Positions 52,990-64,000 of a DNA stretch of 64,000 bases are shown here, piece by piece. The translations under genes were made by a program, and so were the position numbers. How positions within the stretch are numbered: position 1 is the first letter of the stretch; each line of letters opens with the position of its first letter. Source of the DNA: an uncultured cyanobacterium (GTDB taxonomy: Bacteria > Cyanobacteriota > Cyanobacteriia > Cyanobacteriales > Cyanobacteriaceae). The stretch covers positions 352,001 to 416,000 of the forward strand of contig CAVQBA010000006.1 in assembly GCA_963710605.1 (NCBI GenBank). Direction: 5' to 3'. A model generated the notes under the pieces. The model was not told the origin of the DNA. It searched no databases and saw only the letters and a list, made by a program, of their open reading frames with translations.

Positions 52990-53757
52990 TTAAGCAGTTT
53001 TAACAAAACGAATTATCTCTTTAACATGACCTAAAAATTGACTATCTTCTGTTAGTTGTGAAATAGCATTTTCACTATGTTTTATAATCTGTTTATGCTC
53101 TTGCTGATTATCATTTATTAATTCTTTTAATGAGTTACTTAAATCTTGTATTTTGTTTTCGGAAATTTTAACTGATTTACTTTGAATACTAGCAAAAGAA
53201 TCTGGTTTACTTAAATCTAACTTATTTTGTAATTGTTGAATTTTAGTTTCGATATTCTTAACTCTTCTTACTAATGTAACTATGTCTTCACGAGGATATT
53301 TAATTTGTTGTTTAATCTGGATTAATTTTAAATATAGATATTGATAACCACGAATAGCAGGGCGTAAAAATGTTAATAATAAAGCGGCGATCGCAGTTAT
53401 GTAACCTATATCAGTAATTCCTTTTGCAGATAATAAATAGAAAACAAAAGCAGAGATAAGATGAAGAGAAATAGCGATAATAATTGACCAAAATACAACT
53501 TTTTTGACATATTCAACTTGTGAATCATCAACGGGTATATTTTTTTTCTGCGAAATTTCAGCTTCATTAACTACTTCTTTAGCTTGAAAATGAATATTCC
53601 AAGGTATAGTAACGATCGCTAATAACCAATAAAAACAAGCAATTCCCACCAACCAATCAAGCAAACTACCTGTCGGAATTTGTAACCATTGTAAAAGAAA
53701 AAAGACTAATAAAGAAAGAAAACCGACACCGAAAGTCAAACTATAATAAATATACAT
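52990..53757 (-). CDS. Hypothetical membrane protein with a coiled-coil C-terminus
   Basis: Four TM segments; IVTIPWNIHFQA; FLRPA.R.Y; FL..V.EIIRFVK. Confidence 0.75.
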   Translation of the reverse strand: MYIYYSLTFGVGFLSLLVFFLLQWLQIPTGSLLDWLVGIACFYWLLAIVTIPWNIHFQAKEVVNEAEISQKKNIPVDDSQVEYVKKVVFWSIIIAISLHLISAFVFYLLSAKGITDIGYITAIAALLLTFLRPAIRGYQYLYLKLIQIKQQIKYPREDIVTLVRRVKNIETKIQQLQNKLDLSKPDSFASIQSKSVKISENKIQDLSNSLKELINDNQQEHKQIIKHSENAISQLTEDSQFLGHVKEIIRFVKTA

Positions 53758-54146
53758 TTATCTTACTCAAGATATTTACGTTTTCTTGATTATCAACTAT
53801 CTAAATCTAGATTATCTTTTGTTATGTGCTACTTTTTTAATCTGCACATAAAATATATTGGAAATTAATGATTAATAAATAGCGGACAAAGTTTGATATT
53901 GTGTCTATTGTTAATAGTGATTTTATTTATTCTTTTTTCTTAAATTAGTCGTAATCGATCGATAACATTATTAGTAGATAACAAAATTAGCTTATATAGC
54001 TAAATAAATTTACCAGATTGTTTTCTAATAAATAGCTCAACCTAAATAAAAGAAAGTTTGTAGTTACCCCTAAAGGGGTTTAAAAAAGTATTAAGATAAG
54101 GGCTTAAGCCCTCACAACGAACTTAAGCTTTTTGACGTTTAATTAA

Positions 54147-55046
54147 TTAGTATCTTTCTTCGATCGGAATCCATTCATAACCATCAATGACACCTTGAAA
54201 ATATTCTGACATATTTTCAATCGGATAATAAGTTTGAGTATTTTCGCCAAACCAACGCTCATAAATTTCTACAGAGGAAGGAGTATCAGTAACAACACCT
54301 TGCATATATTTAACAATTCCATAATTAACGGTATCTCTCCATTGAGATTGATTTTGCGGTAAAGTACAAGCATAAGATTCAACTACATAAGGAAATTCAG
54401 GTACAATTTCATAATTATCAGACTCACTTGCTTTTGCTTTTAACGCACGTAATAAAATACCATCTCCTGCAAAGCCATCCACTTCACCTTGATTTAATTT
54501 TTCCCATCCTTCCTCTTCAGAAGCTACATAAACTAAATCAGCAGAGGCAACAAAGGTTTTGATAGCGGCTTCGTTGGTTGTTGTTGGGATGACAGCAATT
54601 TTGACATCGGTGAGGCTATCGTCATTTGCTAATTCATTATCAGATTTGGTAATTATTTGTGTGCCACTAGCAAAATAAGTTACGGAAAAATCAACTTTTT
54701 TTTCTCTTTCCCAAGTAACAGTAGTTGAGCTACATTCTAAATGAATATTACCATCAGCAACTTGATTAAAACGATTAAGAGGATTGATTGGTACTAATTC
54801 TAATTTTACTGGTTTACCTAGTCTGTTTTCTACTTCTACTCTAATAATTTCTAAGATATCGATCGCATAACCGACTGATTTGCCTTCTTCGTTAATGAAA
54901 GTAAAAGGCGGTGTATCTTCACGATAACCTGCTTTAATAACTCCTGTTTCTTTAATTTGATCAAGAACTTCATTTGCTGAGGCGATCGTTGGTAAACTAC
55001 TAACTAAAGAGGCTGAGAGTACGATCGTGATTAGTTTTTTCCACAT
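54147..55046 (-). CDS. Amino-acid ABC transporter substrate-binding protein (GltI-like, orphan)
   Basis: Signal peptide; GYREDTPPF, LECSSTTVTWERE..VDFS. Confidence 0.85.
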   Translation of the reverse strand: MWKKLITIVLSASLVSSLPTIASANEVLDQIKETGVIKAGYREDTPPFTFINEEGKSVGYAIDILEIIRVEVENRLGKPVKLELVPINPLNRFNQVADGNIHLECSSTTVTWEREKKVDFSVTYFASGTQIITKSDNELANDDSLTDVKIAVIPTTTNEAAIKTFVASADLVYVASEEEGWEKLNQGEVDGFAGDGILLRALKAKASESDNYEIVPEFPYVVESYACTLPQNQSQWRDTVNYGIVKYMQGVVTDTPSSVEIYERWFGENTQTYYPIENMSEYFQGVIDGYEWIPIEERY

Positions 55047-55128
55047 AGTTTGTTTTACTCAAATTTTCGACTATGGAGTAAGTGTAACAGTGAACAGATA
55101 ATAGTCAACAATTAATCGGGTACAGCGG

Positions 55129-55743
55129 TTATGATGTTGTTTTTTGTAAAAAGAGCGAAAAATTATTCGCCGGCATTGCAACTTTTTGCTTTAAGATAAA
55201 ACCACGATCGTTAGCGACACTCACCACATCTTCTAAATTACGTACACCCCAGCTAGAATCACGTATCTGTAAAGAACGATCGAATTCTTCATTACTCGGT
55301 GCAGTGTGTTGATTATCTATCTTGTAAGGGCCATAAAGATAAACGATACCATCTACAGGTAAAATATTTTCAGCACCCTCCATTAATCCTAGATAAGACT
55401 CCCAAGGCGTAATATGAATCATATTAATACAAACGATCGTCTTGATTTGTTGAGATATCAATGACTTATACCATCCTTTTGTCATTACATCAATTAATAA
55501 TGGTGGTTGCAAATTGTTTTGTGCATAGTCTTTTTGCCATGCTTTAATACTATCTAAACACTCAGGTTGTCTATCTGAAGGTATCCATTGCTGAGTCGCA
55601 AACTCAGGTGCAAAAAACAGAGAATGCTCTCCTGTACCACTAGCAATTTCTAATATATTTCCTTGAGTAGGAATATTTTGTTTAAGAATTTCTAATATCG
55701 GCTGACGATTACGATTAGTAGCAGGGGCGTATTTTTTAGTCAT
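55129..55743 (-). CDS. DUF938 SAM-dependent methyltransferase
   Basis: LEIASGTGEH, INMIHI.PW, YGPY, SN.EFD.SL, MPANN. Confidence 0.9.
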   Translation of the reverse strand: MTKKYAPATNRNRQPILEILKQNIPTQGNILEIASGTGEHSLFFAPEFATQQWIPSDRQPECLDSIKAWQKDYAQNNLQPPLLIDVMTKGWYKSLISQQIKTIVCINMIHITPWESYLGLMEGAENILPVDGIVYLYGPYKIDNQHTAPSNEEFDRSLQIRDSSWGVRNLEDVVSVANDRGFILKQKVAMPANNFSLFLQKTTS

Positions 55744-55803
55744 AATTGATAATTAAGAGTGAAAGATAGTTTGATTCTCAATTATTAGTTAAGCTGTTTA
55801 TAA

Positions 55804-56313
55804 ATGATGGAAAAAGAACAACAACAACAACAACAAGAATTATTTTCTCCTAGTTTGACTAACAAAATAGAAGCTATTCTTTATCTTAAAGCACAACCGA
55901 TACCAATTAAAGAACTTGTAAGTTTGACTAGTTGTAGCTTTGAGCAAATACAAACTGCTTTGATTGAGTTAATGTCTGATTATGCTTATCGTAATAGTGC
56001 ATTAGAAATAACAGAAACACCTCATGGTTATTGTTTACAATTAAGAACAGATTACCAATCTTTGTTAGAAAATTTAGTTCCTGCTGAGTTAACTAATAGT
56101 ACCTTAAAAACTTTAGCGGCGATCGCATTACAACAACCTATACTTCAAAGTGATTTGATTTTACTTAGAGGTAGTAGTGCTTATCAACACGTTAGCGAAT
56201 TAACCGATTCAGGATTTATTCGTAAACGTCGTCAAGAAGAAGGTCGATCGTATTGGTTAGAAGTGACAAGTAAGTTTCATCAATATTTTGAAATTGATAA
56301 ACTCGCACAATAG
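55804..56313 (+). CDS. scpB: SMC-Scp complex subunit ScpB
   Basis: IEAILY, LKTLAAIALQQPI.Q, RGS. Confidence 0.92.
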   Translation: MMEKEQQQQQQELFSPSLTNKIEAILYLKAQPIPIKELVSLTSCSFEQIQTALIELMSDYAYRNSALEITETPHGYCLQLRTDYQSLLENLVPAELTNSTLKTLAAIALQQPILQSDLILLRGSSAYQHVSELTDSGFIRKRRQEEGRSYWLEVTSKFHQYFEIDKLAQ

Positions 56314-56411
56314 AAAAAAAGCTATCATATTATTAATGTTATTATCGTAATCAAGTATTCAAGTATCCCATCGTAATAGTAGTCAGAAAAACTCAATCGA
56401 GGCAAATAAAT

Positions 56412-56735
56412 ATGACATTTGATTCCAATTTTTTTCGATCAGAATCAGAACAAACAGTCAAAAATACATTAGTTGAATATTTACAAAATCAACAACCAGA
56501 AACTTTAGAAAGAGTAGCACAATTAGCCACACCAGAAGTAAGAGAAATTATTACTCATAATGTTAAAGGTTTGTTAGGCTCATTACCTACAGAAGATTTT
56601 AATGTACAAGTTGTCACTGATAAACAACATCTAGCCAATTTACTTGCCTCAGCGATGATGACAGGTTATTTTTTGTGTCAAATCGAAAAAAGAAAAGATT
56701 TAGAAGAAAGTATTCGTAATACAGATTCTCTTTAA
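56412..56735 (+). CDS. DUF760 family protein
   Basis: GLLGSLP...LANLLASAMMTGYFL. Confidence 0.85.
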   Translation: MTFDSNFFRSESEQTVKNTLVEYLQNQQPETLERVAQLATPEVREIITHNVKGLLGSLPTEDFNVQVVTDKQHLANLLASAMMTGYFLCQIEKRKDLEESIRNTDSL

Positions 56736-56834
56736 TCGTAAATGGTATTAAAATCTAATTTTTAATTAAAATCAAATTTCACAGACAACACTTAGTCAAT
56801 CTGTGAATTGCTTTTTTAATTACATTACCAATAA

Positions 56835-57980
56835 CTATTTATTATTATGTTCTAAACCGATCGCTTGTTCAATATGATTTAGTTGGTTTTCTGCTAACTT
56901 TTGTTTTAAACCTTGTAAAATCTCTTTAACAACCCAAGGTCCTTCATACACCCAACCACTATAAAATTGTAATAAGGTTGCACCCGCAGTAATTTTTTCC
57001 CATGCGGATTCGGTGTCATAAATACCACCTACACCAATAATTGGTAATTTACCGTTAGTTTGTTGATAAATAAAACGAATTATTTCTGTTGAACGCTCTT
57101 TTAATGGTAAACCACTAATACCGCCATTTTCTTCTGTAATCGGTTTTCCTGTTGCTTTGAGTTTGCTCGTTTTTAATCCTTCTCGGCTAACAGTTGTATT
57201 TGTGGCAATTATTCCGGCTAAATTATAATCAACGGAAACTTGAATAATTGAGCTTATTTCTGACCAAGTCAAATCTGGAGCAATTTTGATTAAAATAGGT
57301 TTTTCGCCTCTATTTTCTTGATTTAAAGCATCTAGAATTGGTTTTAATTGATCTACTGCTTGTAACGATCGTAGTCCTTGAGTATTAGGAGAACTTACAT
57401 TAACCACGAAATAATCTGCCCAACTACGTAAAGCACGAAAACTATTAACATAATCCTCTGCCGAGTCATCCAAATCAGTAATTTTAGACTTACATAAATT
57501 GATGCCGATAGGAATTGCCCTTCTTTTTTCTGCCCACGTTTTTTCTAACCGAGACGCAATAGCACTCGCACCATCATTATTCGCACCCATCCGATTTAAA
57601 ATTGCTTTATCTTCAGGTAAACGAAACATTCGAGGAGATGGATTACCCTGTTGAGAATGTAACGTAACCGCACCTAACTCAGCGAAACCAAAACCAAAAC
57701 TTGACCAAATTCCTGCCCCTTGTGCATTTTTATCAAATCCGGGTGCTAAACCCAAAGGATTATTAAATTTCAAATTCCAAAGCGATTGAGATAAAGCCTT
57801 ATCGTAGTCACAAAAACTACTTTCCATCTGGCTAATTAACCACTTACCCCAAATACTATTTCTTTGCGATTGTATTTGAGCTAGGGTTTTTAACGTCTGA
57901 TTATGTGCTGATTCAGGATTTTTGTTGACTGCGGCGAAAAAAGCTGGATAAAAAGATTTAAAAATGTTCAGGATGGGCAT
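56835..57980 (-). CDS. pyrD: Quinone-dependent dihydroorotate dehydrogenase
   Basis: [35 protein letters not shown]. Confidence 0.96.
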   Translation of the reverse strand: MPILNIFKSFYPAFFAAVNKNPESAHNQTLKTLAQIQSQRNSIWGKWLISQMESSFCDYDKALSQSLWNLKFNNPLGLAPGFDKNAQGAGIWSSFGFGFAELGAVTLHSQQGNPSPRMFRLPEDKAILNRMGANNDGASAIASRLEKTWAEKRRAIPIGINLCKSKITDLDDSAEDYVNSFRALRSWADYFVVNVSSPNTQGLRSLQAVDQLKPILDALNQENRGEKPILIKIAPDLTWSEISSIIQVSVDYNLAGIIATNTTVSREGLKTSKLKATGKPITEENGGISGLPLKERSTEIIRFIYQQTNGKLPIIGVGGIYDTESAWEKITAGATLLQFYSGWVYEGPWVVKEILQGLKQKLAENQLNHIEQAIGLEHNNK

Positions 57981-58690
57981 ATTTTTGTTCCTAAATTAGA
58001 CACATTATTATAGATAACACTATTTTACAATCTAAAAATACTATCCTTTAGATAGATAACATTGGTATCAAACGATACAAAATATGTCTGTCATCTAAAA
58101 AATCACATTCTAAAGATAGAGAACAAACTTATTAAACCTCAGTTATTCTGGAATTATAAGTCACTAAAAATTTACTTGAATAAATAGTTATTTGATTGAG
58201 CTGATTAATAAGAGATAAAACTCAGACTCGATATTACTTGCTCTTAATATCCTAATCTTTAGATTTTATCATTTACTACTTTTTAATTGAGATGATTAAA
58301 CTGAAAAGTTTATTAAGCTATGTTACAAAAATAGTCGATCGTCCAACTAGTATTTAAAATAAAACAGTTTTATTTATTGTTTTTTAATTCAAATTCAAAA
58401 CGTCTTTTTAATTCTTAACTACATCTATTTATTTAGGCATAATTACTTGGGTATTTATACTTTTTTAACTTCATAAATGTACTTGTTTCTACTTATTTTT
58501 TGATAATACTTAAGAAAAATTATTTAAAGTATTTAGTTTTATGAAGAAATAATTAAATAAATATAAAAAGAAAAACAATTAGAAACAACAGATCGTACTG
58601 ATATGACTAGTCTTGAAAGAATAAAGTCCTGATCTTCGATAAGTAATAATTGTAATCATAATAAAAATAATATATATAAAATAAAAAAAA

Positions 58691-58978
58691 ATGAATTCTA
58701 ATAAATATTCAACATCAGCATGTCGTTATTGTCGGTTTTTTAATCCAGAAGGAAGGAGAGGGGGTATGTGTTCAAAACTAAATGTTTTGGTTAAAGCACA
58801 TTGGAAATCTTGTCAAGTAGCATCTCCCGTATTCGCTAGTGATTGGGAAGCAATGCCTGAAATAGCAATGTTAGAGAAATCTTTCGTTTTAGGTTGTAAT
58901 ACACCAGCACCTTCATTAGAAGCTGAATCTAGACCGAAAAAAGGTTATCAAGATCAAGAAGAAATTGCTTCATCTTAA
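58691..58978 (+). CDS. Conserved cyanobacterial Cys-rich hypothetical protein
   Basis: CRYCRFF.PEGRRGG.C..L.V.V...W..C. Confidence 0.75.
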   Translation: MNSNKYSTSACRYCRFFNPEGRRGGMCSKLNVLVKAHWKSCQVASPVFASDWEAMPEIAMLEKSFVLGCNTPAPSLEAESRPKKGYQDQEEIASS

Positions 58979-59730
58979 TTACTATTTAATAATTTTAAAA
59001 TTAAGCAAAAATTTTATTATTTGAATGATTATTTTGTTTTTCAAATTAGAAAATAAGTTTTTCTTTAGTAGTCAAATTTATTAAAGAGAAAAGATAAATA
59101 AATTTAAAATAGTTATTTGTCTATATATTGTGAATAAAAATATAAACATAAATTCCGAATAATGAGTTATTATCTTATTTCTTAGGATAAGTAATGTAAT
59201 AATGATTATCCTTAACTGAGAAAATTAGCTTTTTAAATAAATAATTATCAAGTTTTTTAATTAAGGCTGAGTTATCAGATTAGTTATTTTGTTTTGATTA
59301 GATGATAGATTCTTTTACTAAGCAACAGGATAGTATATGAATATTAAATGTAAATCTTGGTCTTAATTATTTTTTGGTTAATAATAATTAATTACAGCTA
59401 CAGATGACTTTGATTTAGTCAGGCTAATTCACTATTAATGCTTAATAATTACCAAATCTAAACAGAAATAAGAACTAAAGTCTTCATTAAGTACTTAATT
59501 TCTTGTGATTTTTATTTTAGTTCGAGTTTAGACAACAAAGTTCTCACTAGGTATTGAATCAAGATATTTGGTAATAGAAATATTAATTCTATTATTGATT
59601 AACTTTTTTAATGTTCTGGTTTTGGTTATGTCGATAAATTACGATTGTTTGTCCGTATCGAACTCGAAACTACTGTAAAAAAATGATAAGATTATCTTTG
59701 CTATAACTAGACAAAAGTAAAGGAAAATAA

Positions 59731-60714
59731 ATGGCAGACACATTGATGTTTAACGCTTTGCGTGAAGCTCTAGACGAAGAAATGGCTAGAGACGATACAG
59801 TAATGGTTTTAGGTGAAGATGTTGGTCAATATGGTGGTTCGTATAAAGTAACCAAAGGGCTATACAAAAAATACGGTGAATATAGAGTTTTAGATACCCC
59901 CATTGCCGAAAATAGCTTTACAGGTATGGCAGTAGGTGCGGCGATGACTGGCTTACGCCCTGTGATTGAAGGGATGAATATGGGTTTTTTGTTACTAGCG
60001 TTTAACCAAATTTCTAATAATGCAGGGATGATGCGTTATACTTCAGGTGGAAACTTTAAAATTCCGACGGTAATTAGAGGTCCTGGTGGAGTAGGTAAAC
60101 AGTTGGGTGCAGAACATTCTCAACGTTTAGAAGCTTATTTTCAGGCTGTACCGGGTTTAAAAATTGTTGCTTGTTCTACTTCTTATAATGCTAAAGGTTT
60201 ATTAAAATCAGCAATTCGTGATAATAATCCTGTACTATTTTTTGAACACGTATTGTTATATAACCTCAAAGAAGATTTACCTGATTATGAATATACTGTA
60301 CCTTTAGATAAAGCTGAGATAGTAACTGAAGGTAAAGATGTAACTATTTTGACTTATTCTCGCATGAGACATCATTGTTTACAAGCATTAAAGCAAATTG
60401 AAAAAGATGGTTATAACCCTGAAATAATTGATTTGATTTCTCTTAAGCCTTTAGATATGCAAACTATTGGTGAATCAATTAAAAAAACACACAAAGTTAT
60501 AATTGTTGAAGAATGTATGCGTACTGGAGGTATAGGGGCAGAATTAACAGCTTCAATCAATGATCAATTATTTGATGAGTTAGATGCACCTGTAATTCGT
60601 TTGGCTTCCCAAGATATTCCGACTCCTTATAATGGTGCTTTAGAAAGATTAACGATCGTTCAACCAGAGCAAATTGTAGAAGCGGTACATAAAATAATGA
60701 ACGACGAAGTTTAA
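59731..60714 (+). CDS. pdhB: Pyruvate dehydrogenase E1 beta subunit
   Basis: [28 protein letters not shown]. Confidence 0.96.
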   Translation: MADTLMFNALREALDEEMARDDTVMVLGEDVGQYGGSYKVTKGLYKKYGEYRVLDTPIAENSFTGMAVGAAMTGLRPVIEGMNMGFLLLAFNQISNNAGMMRYTSGGNFKIPTVIRGPGGVGKQLGAEHSQRLEAYFQAVPGLKIVACSTSYNAKGLLKSAIRDNNPVLFFEHVLLYNLKEDLPDYEYTVPLDKAEIVTEGKDVTILTYSRMRHHCLQALKQIEKDGYNPEIIDLISLKPLDMQTIGESIKKTHKVIIVEECMRTGGIGAELTASINDQLFDELDAPVIRLASQDIPTPYNGALERLTIVQPEQIVEAVHKIMNDEV

Positions 60715-60950
60715 AGTAATTGACAATTGACAATTGATAATTGACAATTAATAACTACCTCAAAACATTTGAAATTTAGGTTTCCCACTTTAAAAAATCA
60801 CGAGGCTTTAAACTTAATTTTCTCAGTAAAAAATCGTGTAGTGGATAATCGTGGCAATTACTAATTGTGTCATTATCCATTATCGATCGAGTATTTTATT
60901 TATTATTATCTTATAACTAAATCATTTTTATAAAAATAAATTAATTATTA

Positions 60951-62360
60951 ATGGAAAAGCAAAGAGCATTTATTCTTTTAATCATTGTTTTGATTGCTAG
61001 TGCGATTGTTACTTTGATTAATTTACCCTTAGAATTAGGGTTAGACTTAAGAGGTGGTTCGCAATTAACCATTGAGTTACAAACAACTCCTGAAGTACCT
61101 GAAATTACCGTTGATAAACTAGAAGGGGTAAGAACAGTTATCGATAACAGAGTTAACGGTTTAGGAGTTTCTGAAGCAGTTGTGCAAAGTGTTGGTGACA
61201 ATCGTATTTTAGTCCAATTACCCGGTGTTAGTGACCCAGAAACAGCCGAAAGAGTATTAGGTGGTACAGCACAACTAGACTTTCGTCGAGAAACAAAAAA
61301 TTTAGAAGTTCAAGCCGCATATCAAGTTAAACAACAAGAATTAACTGAGGCTTTCTTTAATTTACAAAACCTTGAAGACGAAGTCGAAAAAACAGCTCAA
61401 GAAGCTAGAATATCCGAACTAGAACAAGAATTGTTTGTTTTATCCGAGCAAATTTTTGAAAAAACCGAACTCAACGGGGAAAAACTTCAAGGTGCTAGTT
61501 ATCAACCGACTCCTCAAGGGCAAGATTGGGAAGTTGTGTTGGAGTTTAATAACGAAGGTGGACGTTTGTTTGCTGAGTTAACTAAAGATATTGCAGGTAC
61601 GGGCAGACGCTTAGGTATCTTCTTAGACGATCGTTTAATTAGTTCACCTAGTGTGAGTGCAGAATACGCTTCTACAGGTATCCAAGGTGGTCGTGCAACC
61701 ATTTCTGGTGGTGCAGGTTTTGATTTAGAAGGTGCGAGAGAATTAGCTTTACAACTAGAAGGTGGTGCTTTACCTGTACCCGTTAAGATTGTCGAAAATC
61801 GTACCGTAGGTGCAACTTTAGGTCAAGATAGTATTCGTCGTAGTATTATTGCGGGTTTATCTGGTTTATTTTTGGTTCTGGTTTATATGATTGTTTATTA
61901 TCGTTTACCCGGATTAATCGCTAACTTTGCTTTAATTATTTACACCTTACTTACCTTAGCTTGTTTTTCTTTGGCAGGAGTTACTTTAACTTTACCTGGT
62001 ATTGCGGGCTTTGTTCTTAGTATCGGTATGGCAGTAGATGCAAATGTCTTGATTTTTGAACGTACTAGAGAAGAATTGAGGACAGGTAAAACTTTATATC
62101 GTTCTGTAGAATCAGGATTTTTTCGTGCTTTTTCTAGTATTCTTGATGGTAATGTTACCACTTTAATTGCTTGTGCGGCACTATTTTGGTTGGGTTCGGG
62201 TTTTGTTAAAGGTTTTGCTTTAACTTTAGCTATTGGCGTTGTGGTGAGTATGTTTACTGCTTTAACTTGTAGTCGTACTTTTCTGTTGATTACAGTTTTA
62301 GGTTTTCCGACTGTACGTCAACGCCCTGAATTATTTTGTCCAAATTTAAATACTAATTAA
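60951..62360 (+). CDS. secD: Protein translocase subunit SecD
   Basis: LGLDLRGG, RVNGLGVSE, GMAVDANVLIFER. Confidence 0.97.
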   Translation: MEKQRAFILLIIVLIASAIVTLINLPLELGLDLRGGSQLTIELQTTPEVPEITVDKLEGVRTVIDNRVNGLGVSEAVVQSVGDNRILVQLPGVSDPETAERVLGGTAQLDFRRETKNLEVQAAYQVKQQELTEAFFNLQNLEDEVEKTAQEARISELEQELFVLSEQIFEKTELNGEKLQGASYQPTPQGQDWEVVLEFNNEGGRLFAELTKDIAGTGRRLGIFLDDRLISSPSVSAEYASTGIQGGRATISGGAGFDLEGARELALQLEGGALPVPVKIVENRTVGATLGQDSIRRSIIAGLSGLFLVLVYMIVYYRLPGLIANFALIIYTLLTLACFSLAGVTLTLPGIAGFVLSIGMAVDANVLIFERTREELRTGKTLYRSVESGFFRAFSSILDGNVTTLIACAALFWLGSGFVKGFALTLAIGVVVSMFTALTCSRTFLLITVLGFPTVRQRPELFCPNLNTN

Positions 62361-62531
62361 TAGTTGAGATATTGAGTTATTTTTCGCTTTGCGAGAACAA
62401 AATGAATAATTTTAGTTGTCAAAGCTTTACTTTTAGCTCAATATCTTTACTTTTTTAAAACTAAATTTCAAATCACATTTTAAAAGTAATCTATTTATTA
62501 AATATTAACTATCAACTATCAACTAATTAAC

Positions 62532-63497
62532 ATGATTAAATTTAGCGTTGTTAAATGGGAAAAGCTATGGTGGGCGACTTCTGCTATACTGTGTTTGATT
62601 TCGATCGTGGCGATGATTGTTTCTTATACTTCTATTGGTAGTATTATTCGTCCTAGTCTTGATTTTGTCGGTGGTACTCGTTTACAAGTAGAATTAGATT
62701 GTAGCGTACCTAATAATTGCAACGAGCCTTTGACTGTTACCGACGTTAGACAGATTTTAGAGTCTCAAGGTTTGGCTAATAGCAGTATTCAAATTGTCGG
62801 TAAAGAAGAAAATGGTATTTCCATTCGTACTAAAACTTTGGATGTCGAACAAAGAACAAAATTGCAAGATGCTTTAACTGAAGAAGTTGGTATTTTTAGA
62901 CCAGAAACAACTCAAATTGATACTGTAGGACCTACTATTGGTAAAGAGCTTTTTCGATCGGGTATTATTGCTTTAATTGTTTCTTTTGCTGGAATTATTG
63001 CTTATTTGAGTTTTCGCTTTAAAGCAGATTATGCTATTTTTGCGATTGTTGCTTTATTCCATGATGTTTTAATTACCGCAGGTGTTTTTGCTATCCTCGG
63101 TTTGGTTATTGGTTTGGAAGTCGATAGTTTATTTTTGGTGGCTTTACTAACTATCACGGGTTTTTCAGTTAATGATACTGTGGTTATTTACGATCGTATT
63201 CGAGAAATCACTAAAGAAATAGAAGCTGATAATATGAATGAAATAGTTGATGTTGCAGTGAATCAAACTTTGACTCGTTCTATTAATACCAGTATAACGA
63301 CCTTATTACCGATTGTTGCTATTTTTCTTTTTGGTGGTGAAACACTTAAGTTTTTCGCCCTTGCCTTGATTATCGGTTTTATTTGTGGTTCTTACTCAAG
63401 TATCTTTATTGCTAGTACTTTACTCGGTTGGTGGCGTAAAAAAACTAATTGGCAAAAACCTGAGCCTCAATTAGCGAGAACAGAAAATACTGTTTAG
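62532..63497 (+). CDS. secF: Protein translocase subunit SecF
   Basis: [29 protein letters not shown]. Confidence 0.97.
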   Translation: MIKFSVVKWEKLWWATSAILCLISIVAMIVSYTSIGSIIRPSLDFVGGTRLQVELDCSVPNNCNEPLTVTDVRQILESQGLANSSIQIVGKEENGISIRTKTLDVEQRTKLQDALTEEVGIFRPETTQIDTVGPTIGKELFRSGIIALIVSFAGIIAYLSFRFKADYAIFAIVALFHDVLITAGVFAILGLVIGLEVDSLFLVALLTITGFSVNDTVVIYDRIREITKEIEADNMNEIVDVAVNQTLTRSINTSITTLLPIVAIFLFGGETLKFFALALIIGFICGSYSSIFIASTLLGWWRKKTNWQKPEPQLARTENTV

Positions 63498-63672
63498 AGA
63501 TATAACCATGAATTAAAATTCATGGCTAATAGAAGCCGTTTAATAAATTAAACTAATATTTGAAAAAAAAAATTGTCTCATTTTTATTTGAAATAACTAT
63601 AGTTAGTTCATTTTAATGAACGTAATCTATTAGCCTTGTCAATTTATTGCAAGGCTAATTATCAATTATCAA

Positions 63673-64000
63673 TTATCCTTTATATGCTTTAACACACTCT
63701 TCAACTAAAGGTGCAACTTGATCAATATCTTTCCAACCTAAAATTTTAGTTTCTTTTTTCTCTAAATTTTTATAGCTACGGAAAAACTCAGCAATTTCTT
63801 CAAGACGATGAGGAGCAATATCTTTTAAAGACTTTACATGATTATAACGAGGATCTTCTGCTGGTACACATAAAATTTTCTCATCTCGATCGCCACCATC
63901 AATCATTTCTAACATACAAACAGGACGAGAAGCAATCACACAACCGGCAAATGTAGGCTCATCCATTAAAACCATACCATCTAATGGATCGCCATCATCG
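63673..64000 (-). CDS. ppa: Inorganic pyrophosphatase, 5' end outside the window
   Basis: DDGDPLDG at the window edge; [23 protein letters not shown]. Confidence 0.93.
   Translation of the reverse strand, partial: DDGDPLDGMVLMDEPTFAGCVIASRPVCMLEMIDGGDRDEKILCVPAEDPRYNHVKSLKDIAPHRLEEIAEFFRSYKNLEKKETKILGWKDIDQVAPLVEECVKAYKG

Noticed and set aside
54147..55046. Orphan SBP as GrrP of a RiPP cluster
   Set aside because: No radical SAM enzyme or Gly-rich precursor nearby; cannot be told from a generic GltI-like protein by eye

Overview
AT-rich chromosomal segment of a unicellular cyanobacterium. Gene content (ycf3, rpaA, chlM, SLH-porin), abundant CGATCG/HIP1 sites and heptamer STRR repeats fit the Cyanobacterium/Geminocystis group; this taxonomic call is an inference. 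The backbone is housekeeping: menB, cobA, valS, rpaA, rre1, cobW, clpP, ycf3, gatC, chlM, scpB, pyrD, pdhB, secDF, ppa. Accessory patches: (i) a SNF2 helicase / SWIM gene pair split by a LOTUS-like gene, three intact toxin-antitoxin pairs and a diverged fragment of the SWIM gene; (ii) a complete group II intron (12827-15317, minus) whose removal restores a 417-aa HEAT/WD40 ORF, itself bracketed by inverted GTAG-type REPs; (iii) two tnpB-only IS200/IS605 elements, one splitting a gene that can be rebuilt in frame; (iv) REPs, nested micro-insertions and IS630-like MITE ends; (v) decayed TA and immunity genes, followed by an indel-riddled xfp-ackA region that is either real decay or a local sequence-quality problem. 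ValRS carries a membrane CAAD insertion, and a DUF4912 protein carries a (SGSGMGMM)x10 tract. No CRISPR array, rRNA or tRNA was seen. All calls come from manual reading and motif recall, without database searches.
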